Source: a virus
Lineage: Duplodnaviria; Caudoviricetes
Strand: one strand, 5' to 3'
DNA: 29,748 nucleotides
IMG/VR virus record: IMGVR_UViG_3300020042_007480
Location: 1-29,748 of that record
Shown piece after piece: positions 23,652 to 29,748 of the stretch. The notes below the pieces were generated by a model, which searched no databases, had not been told where the DNA came from, and was given only the letters and a program-made list of their open reading frames with translations. A program made the position numbers and the translations under genes. Numbering within the stretch: the first letter of the stretch is position 1; each line of letters opens with the position of its first letter.

Positions 23652-23678
23652 AAAAAGCTGCCCGTTGCCGGGCAGCTT
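23652..23678 (-). terminator. Intrinsic terminator after the capsid/decoration genes
   Basis: Stem AAGCTGCCCG/CGGGCAGCTT with a 4-nt loop, running into a T-tract on the minus strand. Confidence 0.7.
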
Positions 23679-23697
23679 GAGTTAAGCGCTGCCTTGT

Positions 23698-24192
23698 TTA
23701 ATCTGTGATCGCAGCAATCGCAACCGGCGACTGGTAGCGCGCGCCGTGCAGGATGTACTGCACGAAGCCGACCGCATTCGCCATCAACAGCACGTCCACG
23801 CGCAGGCAGTCGAAGCCGTTGGCCACATCCAGATCGGATGCGTTGACCTCGATTACATACAGCGCGTTTTTGTCGTTGGTGGTCAGCGTGGTGAACGTGT
23901 CACTGGTGACCGCGGTTTCCGTCAGGGTATCGGCGGCGCCGGTATCCAGATTGGCCCACACGGTATCGAAGGCCAAGGCCTTTTCGCTGGTGCCGGCCAC
24001 TGCCGTGGCTTGCTTGAGCGTGACTGCGCCGCCGGTGACGGTGGTGGCGTTGTCCACGGCGATGACGATGGTGCAGCGCTCGAAGCCCTTGAGCGAGACA
24101 TAATCGCAATCGCCGTTTGTGGTGGCCAGCGCGCCGATAATGGGGGAACCGAATACGATCTTTGCGACATCGGTCAGATTTACGTTTTTCAT
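23698..24192 (-). CDS. Capsid decoration / minor head protein
   Basis: DYVSLKGF...VIEVNASDLDVANGFDCLRV; directly after the major capsid gene; AAAGGA RBS. Confidence 0.7.
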   Translation of the reverse strand: MKNVNLTDVAKIVFGSPIIGALATTNGDCDYVSLKGFERCTIVIAVDNATTVTGGAVTLKQATAVAGTSEKALAFDTVWANLDTGAADTLTETAVTSDTFTTLTTNDKNALYVIEVNASDLDVANGFDCLRVDVLLMANAVGFVQYILHGARYQSPVAIAAITD

Positions 24193-24218
24193 GATTGAAT
24201 CCTTTCGTGTGTTTTGTT

Positions 24219-24240
24219 CCGCCCGGCATCAGCCGGGCGG
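24219..24240. other. GC-rich hairpin after the capsid gene (no U-tract on the coding strand)
   Basis: CCGCCCGGC-atca-GCCGGGCGG. Confidence 0.6.
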
Positions 24241-24247
24241 TGGGGCG

Positions 24248-26245
24248 TTAAGTGCGTGCGGCCAGGCCGACAAAATGGCTGCGGGTGACGGAGCTGTTCG
24301 GTGGCGTCACCGCGGAGGCCAGTGCGGGCTGTCCATCCATACGGAAAACCAGCTTGAACGCGGTCACGTCCTGGTCAAACCACAGGTGCATGGATTGACT
24401 GAACTGCTCGCCGCCGGATTTGGTGATGGCGCGATAACCAGCCATGTTGGCCAGGATGATGTCGCCCAGATCGCCCACGGTGTCGCAGGCGTCCGTCATT
24501 ACGATCGGACGGCCCAGCAACAGGCCGTCCGGTGCGCCTTGCATGCCCTGCACCGGTGCCGTCCAGATCGGCTGGTCGCCCAGCGTCATCACGATCAACT
24601 GCTGATAGGCATCCGGGTTGACCAGCCACACCAGACGCGCGCCGGGGCCTTTCAGGCAGCGGCCATACATTTTGGCCACGTTGGTGGCGTTGATGGTGTC
24701 GGCGGTTTGGCTGGTCTCTTTGGCTTGCGACACCAGCGAGGCGGCGGTCAGAATGCCCAGCGGCTGGCCGGAGCCGGTGCCGTTGATGATGGCGTCGTTG
24801 CATTTCCAGGCCACGGCCTCGCTCATCTTGCGGGTGATGTGCGAGGTCATCGCCATGGAATCGGCTAGCAGCTCGTCGGTTGCGCCGACCAGTACCGTGA
24901 GTTTTTTCAGGCGCAGTTCGGCCAGGCCCATGGCCGGTTTTTTCTGCGTTTTGGTAGATGCCTCGCCTTCCCATGCCGCGATCACGCCGGAACTGCCCCA
25001 GGGCGTGGTCTCGTCTTTGGGGAAGGTCATGCTGTTGCCGGTGACCGGGGTGTTATCGGCCATGGCGAGCAGGCTTTGTTCCTGCTCGTAGGCCAGGGAC
25101 ATGATTTCCTCGGCGAACTGCGGCGGAACGGCGAATCCGCCGTCCGCGCCGCTGCCTTCGTTGCCGTAGGTGGTGGCGGCGGCCATCAGGCGCTGGTCGA
25201 TGCGGCCGACGCCCAAGGCGGCATTGCGCACGTGTACCGAAAATTCGCCCAGGCTCTTGAATCCGGCCTTTTTGTCGGCGGCGGCGTTTTCCTGCACTCG
25301 CGCGCCTTGGCCGTAGGCGGCATGCGGCGCGCCGGCAGAAGCGGCTTTCAGCAGGGCGGCGTTGAGCTGGTCTTCGTTCCAACCTTCGGACACAGCTTGC
25401 ATGGCCAGGTCTTCGCCGCCGAATTTGGCGTAGGCTTTGCCGGTTTCGATCATGGCCTTGTTGCTGGCGCGGATCTGCGCGGCGATATCAGGGGTGGCGG
25501 ATGCTGCGGGAACGGCCGCCGGGGTGTTTGCTTCTTGCATGATTTGTCCTTTCTCAGACGGTTGTGCGGCGGCTGCCGCGGGTTTTTCCACCGGCGCCGG
25601 TGATGCCGGGTGCGGTATGGAAGCTTTTGCACGCGCGACCCAGAATGCGTGGTCGCTTAGTTTTTCATTGGCGCTGGCGGCGATCGCCAGCGCACCGGTG
25701 ATGTTGTCGATCAAACCAAGTTCCAACGCTTCCTGCGCGCCGTACCAGTGATCTTTGCCGTCGGTGAGCATGCCCATCACGGCGTCGTATTCCATGCCGC
25801 TCTTGGCCATGTAGCTGCTGGCCATGGCGCCGGCCATCTTGTCCAGGGTGTCGGCGTAGTCGCGCATTTCGGCGCTGTTGCCCAGCACACCGCCCCAGGG
25901 TGCATGGATCATGATCATGGCGTTTTCCGCCATCTCTACCTGGTCGCCGGCCATGGCAATCAGGCTGGCGATGGATGCGGCGATGCCGTCGATCGCCACC
26001 GTGACCGTGGCCTTGTGGCGGCGAATGGCGTTGTAGATGGCGATACCGTCGGTTACAGAGCCGCCGTAGCTGTTCACGCGCACGGTCATCGTTTCCACAT
26101 TCTCCAGCCCACTCACATCGCGCACGAAGTCGGCGGCGGTGACGGTCTCGCCGTACCAGCTCTCGCCGATGTCGCCGTAGATGTAGATTTCGGCATGCGT
26201 TTCGTCCTTGGCCGCGGCCTTGATCTCGTACCATTTTTGCGTCAT
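24248..26245 (-). CDS. ClpP-type prohead protease fused to HK97-fold major capsid protein
   Basis: VNSYGGSV, GIAASIAS, MIMIHAPW protease motifs; GADGGFAVP, AWEGEA, INGTGSGQPLGI, FRMDGQP capsid motifs; start MTQKWY at 26245. Confidence 0.92.
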   Translation of the reverse strand: MTQKWYEIKAAAKDETHAEIYIYGDIGESWYGETVTAADFVRDVSGLENVETMTVRVNSYGGSVTDGIAIYNAIRRHKATVTVAIDGIAASIASLIAMAGDQVEMAENAMIMIHAPWGGVLGNSAEMRDYADTLDKMAGAMASSYMAKSGMEYDAVMGMLTDGKDHWYGAQEALELGLIDNITGALAIAASANEKLSDHAFWVARAKASIPHPASPAPVEKPAAAAAQPSEKGQIMQEANTPAAVPAASATPDIAAQIRASNKAMIETGKAYAKFGGEDLAMQAVSEGWNEDQLNAALLKAASAGAPHAAYGQGARVQENAAADKKAGFKSLGEFSVHVRNAALGVGRIDQRLMAAATTYGNEGSGADGGFAVPPQFAEEIMSLAYEQEQSLLAMADNTPVTGNSMTFPKDETTPWGSSGVIAAWEGEASTKTQKKPAMGLAELRLKKLTVLVGATDELLADSMAMTSHITRKMSEAVAWKCNDAIINGTGSGQPLGILTAASLVSQAKETSQTADTINATNVAKMYGRCLKGPGARLVWLVNPDAYQQLIVMTLGDQPIWTAPVQGMQGAPDGLLLGRPIVMTDACDTVGDLGDIILANMAGYRAITKSGGEQFSQSMHLWFDQDVTAFKLVFRMDGQPALASAVTPPNSSVTRSHFVGLAART

Positions 26246-27903
26246 GGGTTGGTTCCTTGTTGGGTTGCTGCCGGCGGCGGCATGGCGCCGGCTGGGGCAG
26301 GAGGACGCAGCGAGTCGTCCAAGTCGATGCCGTACAGCTTGGCCACTTCTCTGTCGTCCTGGATTTCCTGTAAAACCTCTTCCAGGTCCAGTCCTTGCTC
26401 GGCCAATACCCGGCGATGGCTGGTCAAGCGCAGGCGCAAGGCTTCGCGCTTGGCTTCGATGTCGTCTTTGGGGTTGACCCAATCCCAGCGCCGGCCATGG
26501 AATTGCGGCGCCATGAATTTGCCCAGCTTGCCCGGCGGCAAATAGTTCAGCGGGCGCTGCGGCGCGATGATGGCGCGCTGAAGCCAGGCGCTATAGGTGT
26601 CTTGGGCATAGCTGTCGATCAGCCATCCCTGGAGGCTGCGCCAATGGTCGCGCTCATCCAGTACGGCGTGGCGGATGCTGGTCCAGGTGACGCCATTGCG
26701 ATCGTTGGTCAGAGATTCGTAGGACACGCCGAGTCCACTGGATACGCCGCGCAATGCGGCCAACACAAACGGCCCATACACATCGTTTGGATAGGTCGGG
26801 TCCCATTGCGCGGTCTCCGTGCCCGGCGGCAAGATGTCGATGCTGCCCTTTTGGCTCTGGAAAAACAGCGCGCCGCCGCGCGCGTCGTCCACATCGACCG
26901 TGGAGCCGTCTTCGGCGTTCAGCGCGCCATCGGCCATCTGCGACGCCATGCCCTCTTTGTCTTGCAGCAGCATCACCTTGTCGGCGCCGATGCGCGCCGC
27001 CAGGATGGCGGATTCGTCGAATTCTCCCAATTGATATAGCCGCGTCATCGCGGCATGCATCCAGGGCACGCCGCGCACCTGTTCCGGCCGCTCGGCGATG
27101 AAATAGTGCTTGAGCACGTCGGCGCTGTAATAGATGCGGTCGCGCGCGGACCTGCCCAGGGTGTCGCCGGGATGGCGCGAATACAGGTAATAACCCAGCG
27201 GCTTGCCGCTGGCCGCGACATGCACGCCCATGATCACGCGCGTGCCGTCGTTGCGATCCTCGTTGTAGGTTTCATCCAGCCAGTCCGCCTCCAGCATCTG
27301 CACCCGAAACCCCCAACGGCTTTCCGGGTCGGAAATGTGCTTGACCAATACCTCACCGTCGCGCGCGATGGTGCGCACCAGCAGGCGCTCGAACGCGCTG
27401 CGGCACAGTTTCCCGGTGGCCTCGAATTGCCCGGTGCGGCTGAAAGCCCACCATTCTCGCTCGATGATGGCGTTGGCCGCGCGATCCTGCACAAACTTGC
27501 CAGCGGCATCGTAATCGCCGGCGCGCGACTGCGTGCTGATGCCGTTGGCGCCGACCATGTTGATTTCGACCAGACTTAGGAATTTTTTGGCGAATGGATC
27601 ATTGCGCTCCAGATCACGGCTGCGCGCGCGCATCGCGCACAGGGTGCCCCATAATTCCCGATTGGCATTGCCGTGAGAAATCGTCCACTGCGCGATGGTG
27701 CGGCTATTCAGTCCGCCGTCGTAAGATGCGCGCGCACGGCGTTTTTGTTGATCTGCCGCCAGCACGCGCGGCGGCTGGGCGGCGCGCGCTTGCACTTCCT
27801 GCCAATTTTTGGCGCGGGCGGCATAGCGCGGCGCACGGCGGCGCGCGACAACCACCGGCTGCCCCAGCACTACCTCGTCCAGCTTGACCACCTCGCCGGT
27901 CAC
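26242..27903 (-). CDS. Portal protein, lambda family
   Basis: RARSRDLERND, RDGEV, ERPEQVRGVPW, WDWVNPKDD. Confidence 0.93.
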   Translation of the reverse strand: MTGEVVKLDEVVLGQPVVVARRRAPRYAARAKNWQEVQARAAQPPRVLAADQQKRRARASYDGGLNSRTIAQWTISHGNANRELWGTLCAMRARSRDLERNDPFAKKFLSLVEINMVGANGISTQSRAGDYDAAGKFVQDRAANAIIEREWWAFSRTGQFEATGKLCRSAFERLLVRTIARDGEVLVKHISDPESRWGFRVQMLEADWLDETYNEDRNDGTRVIMGVHVAASGKPLGYYLYSRHPGDTLGRSARDRIYYSADVLKHYFIAERPEQVRGVPWMHAAMTRLYQLGEFDESAILAARIGADKVMLLQDKEGMASQMADGALNAEDGSTVDVDDARGGALFFQSQKGSIDILPPGTETAQWDPTYPNDVYGPFVLAALRGVSSGLGVSYESLTNDRNGVTWTSIRHAVLDERDHWRSLQGWLIDSYAQDTYSAWLQRAIIAPQRPLNYLPPGKLGKFMAPQFHGRRWDWVNPKDDIEAKREALRLRLTSHRRVLAEQGLDLEEVLQEIQDDREVAKLYGIDLDDSLRPPAPAGAMPPPAATQQGTNP

Positions 27904-28460
27904 CCGACCACCACCATTCGATAGCGGCTTGGCTTGCCGTCGCGAATGCGCTGCTGATTTTCCTCGGCGCGTACCTCAGCGCGGAATTTATCGCGCAGCG
28001 TGATCATGCCGGCGCGGTCTCGCGTCAGAGATCGGCTGGCCAAGGTGGTATTGATCAGATCAAGCTGGTCGCTGGTGGCACGATTCAACAACGCCGCCTC
28101 GATGTAATCCAGCATCTTGCGCGAGAAGGAACGGCCATCCAGCGCTGCGGCGACAGAGTAATCGGCAAGCACCGACAGGCGCCCGCGCGCGACCTCGAAA
28201 CGATCCGCCCCGTCCGTAACGGATGCGAACCAATCGTACTGCCCCACCGCGCGCGCGGCCGTGGTGGCCTTCGCCACCTCTACCGCAAAAGCATCCCCAT
28301 CCGCCGTTGCCGTTACGTCAAAATGCGCGGTTTTATTGCGGAAATAGTAAGTGAGCGTCCAACTGGAAGCCGGATAGTCGCTCAAATCCTCGCGCCGCCA
28401 TTGCCAGGTATCGCCGGCACGAAGTTCAGCGGGTTCGGTGGTGGGGATTTCGATGGTCAT
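27900..28460 (-). CDS. Head completion / adaptor protein (gpW-like C-terminus)
   Basis: IPTTEPAELRAGDTWQW; lies between terminase and portal. Confidence 0.7.
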   Translation of the reverse strand: MTIEIPTTEPAELRAGDTWQWRREDLSDYPASSWTLTYYFRNKTAHFDVTATADGDAFAVEVAKATTAARAVGQYDWFASVTDGADRFEVARGRLSVLADYSVAAALDGRSFSRKMLDYIEAALLNRATSDQLDLINTTLASRSLTRDRAGMITLRDKFRAEVRAEENQQRIRDGKPSRYRMVVVG

Positions 28461-28466
28461 GCTGCA

Positions 28467-28502
28467 TCATGAACATGAATCGACACCACATTTGTACAAA
28501 TG
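28467..28502 (-). promoter_or_regulatory. Putative late promoter with a 14-bp palindrome
   Basis: CATTTGTACAAATG (28489-28502); -10-like CATGAT just upstream of ATG 28460. Confidence 0.5.
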
Positions 28503-28619
28503 AGGTCAGTATTTACCGGTGTCGCGTTTTAAAAAATTGGGATTTATTTATTAATGGGTTGCTTCGCTGTCGGTCATCAGGTGATCTTGCACGTTGGCCG
28601 CGTAGCGGCGGCCCGCTTG

Positions 28620-28898
28620 TTACTTTTTCACAGCCCGATTAACCCAAGACCGACTCACACCATACCGCATAGCCACCACGCTGCTAGGCAACATCTTGGC
28701 GGCATCCTTGAGCCGCTGCACCCGCGCCGGGTCTTTACGGCTATCCATCGGGGGAATGTATACCCGCTCGCGCGGCAGTCGTTGTCGGATCTGTTGCTCG
28801 ATCATGATCGCCATGCCGTCGTCAACACATCTTCCGTTTTTGGCGCTGATTTCCAGCACGATTTTTAACAGTTGGCGCAGGGTGGCCATCGGGCTCAT
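28620..28898 (-). CDS. Mor/C-like transcription regulator
   Basis: IRQRLPRERVYIP and C-terminal HTH VVAMRYGVSRSWVNR; ATGA overlap with the terminase stop. Confidence 0.6.
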   Translation of the reverse strand: MSPMATLRQLLKIVLEISAKNGRCVDDGMAIMIEQQIRQRLPRERVYIPPMDSRKDPARVQRLKDAAKMLPSSVVAMRYGVSRSWVNRAVKK

Positions 28899-29748
28899 CG
28901 CCTCCCCAATCCGCTGCGCCGCAGCACAGGCGTTGTGGCGGTCAACAATTCCAGTTTTGCCCCACTGAGGCGCAGCGCGACCAGCGAATACACTTTGCAA
29001 TCCAGCGCCTCGTTGCGCGGCCGGGTCTGCACCCATTCCTGAAACGGTCGCGTGCCCTTGATCTTGGTCACCAGCTTTTCGGCGGCCAGCTGAGCGAAGT
29101 ATTCGTCGTCGAATGCCGCATCGCTAGGGAAATGCACATAGCCCGCGCCGGGCGTGATGATCTTTAGCCGCGAATACACCAGGACTTTTCCCTGATCGAC
29201 GCCGACGGGCTCGACGTGCGCGCCTTTTTTGCGGCGTGTGCGCAGTCTTTGGCGGCGTTTTTTTTCGTCTTCGATCAGCGGGCGGCCCATGCCTGTTACG
29301 CCCTTAATCGCTACGCACCAGCGCCGCTTTTCGACGAAGGCGTACACCATGCTGGTGTTGTAGCCGCTGTCGATGGCCGCGAATTTAACACCGGCATCGG
29401 TCAGCGCTTCGTGTAGGTCGTCCCAGACATCGGCGCGCGCGGTGTCGCCGGGTAGGATGATGTGGTCCAGCGTCCAGCATTCCTCGCCCGCAGCCCAGCC
29501 GTCGACGGTGATTTCCAGCCGGTCTTTTTGCACGTCCACGCCGGCAGTGATAAATACGATGGGCGGTTTCTCCGGATAGGTTTCCAGCCTGGCCAGCAGC
29601 GCCAGGTCTTCGATGCTGTCGCCCTGCTCTTCCCAGCTCTCGCCCAGGGTGGTGTTGATGAAGCGTTTCAGGTTTGCGGTGTCGCCATGGGATTCTTGCC
29701 ACTTTTGCCACAGTTCGGCCCAGGTGAAGCCCAGGCCGATCGGCGAGT
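28895..29748 (-). CDS. Terminase large subunit (GpA family), C-terminal nuclease part; continues beyond the window
   Basis: LKRFINTTLGESW, TAGVDVQKDRLE, AIDSG, RNEALDCKVY; the frame is open to the window edge. Confidence 0.93.
   Translation of the reverse strand, partial: SPIGLGFTWAELWQKWQESHGDTANLKRFINTTLGESWEEQGDSIEDLALLARLETYPEKPPIVFITAGVDVQKDRLEITVDGWAAGEECWTLDHIILPGDTARADVWDDLHEALTDAGVKFAAIDSGYNTSMVYAFVEKRRWCVAIKGVTGMGRPLIEDEKKRRQRLRTRRKKGAHVEPVGVDQGKVLVYSRLKIITPGAGYVHFPSDAAFDDEYFAQLAAEKLVTKIKGTRPFQEWVQTRPRNEALDCKVYSLVALRLSGAKLELLTATTPVLRRSGLGRR

Overview
The window is part of a temperate, lambda-like long-tailed phage genome; a betaproteobacterial host is my inference. From left to right: an immunity region (CII-like, cro, cI, four 17-bp operators, two mirror-image promoters); a rightward early operon (small ORFs, DUF2303) ending in xis-int; an intact attP whose core copies a tRNA-Ser 3' end; and, on the minus strand, the late operon (terminase C-terminus, portal, ClpP-capsid fusion, an accessory fibre/glycosyltransferase block, tail and lysis genes). 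The outstanding feature is an apparently complete integron inside the phage early operon: an IntI-type integrase (5447-6472), an attI-like site (~5358-5420) and three cassettes with canonical attC hairpins. The attC/attI sites point away from intI on the minus strand, as in normal integrons. However, every cassette ORF lies on the plus strand, inverted relative to the usual cassette rule. The cassettes, intI, xis and int would therefore be co-oriented with the repressor-controlled early promoter. Bases 1-214 look like a duplication or assembly artefact. Product names come from motif recognition and gene order only; no database search was run.
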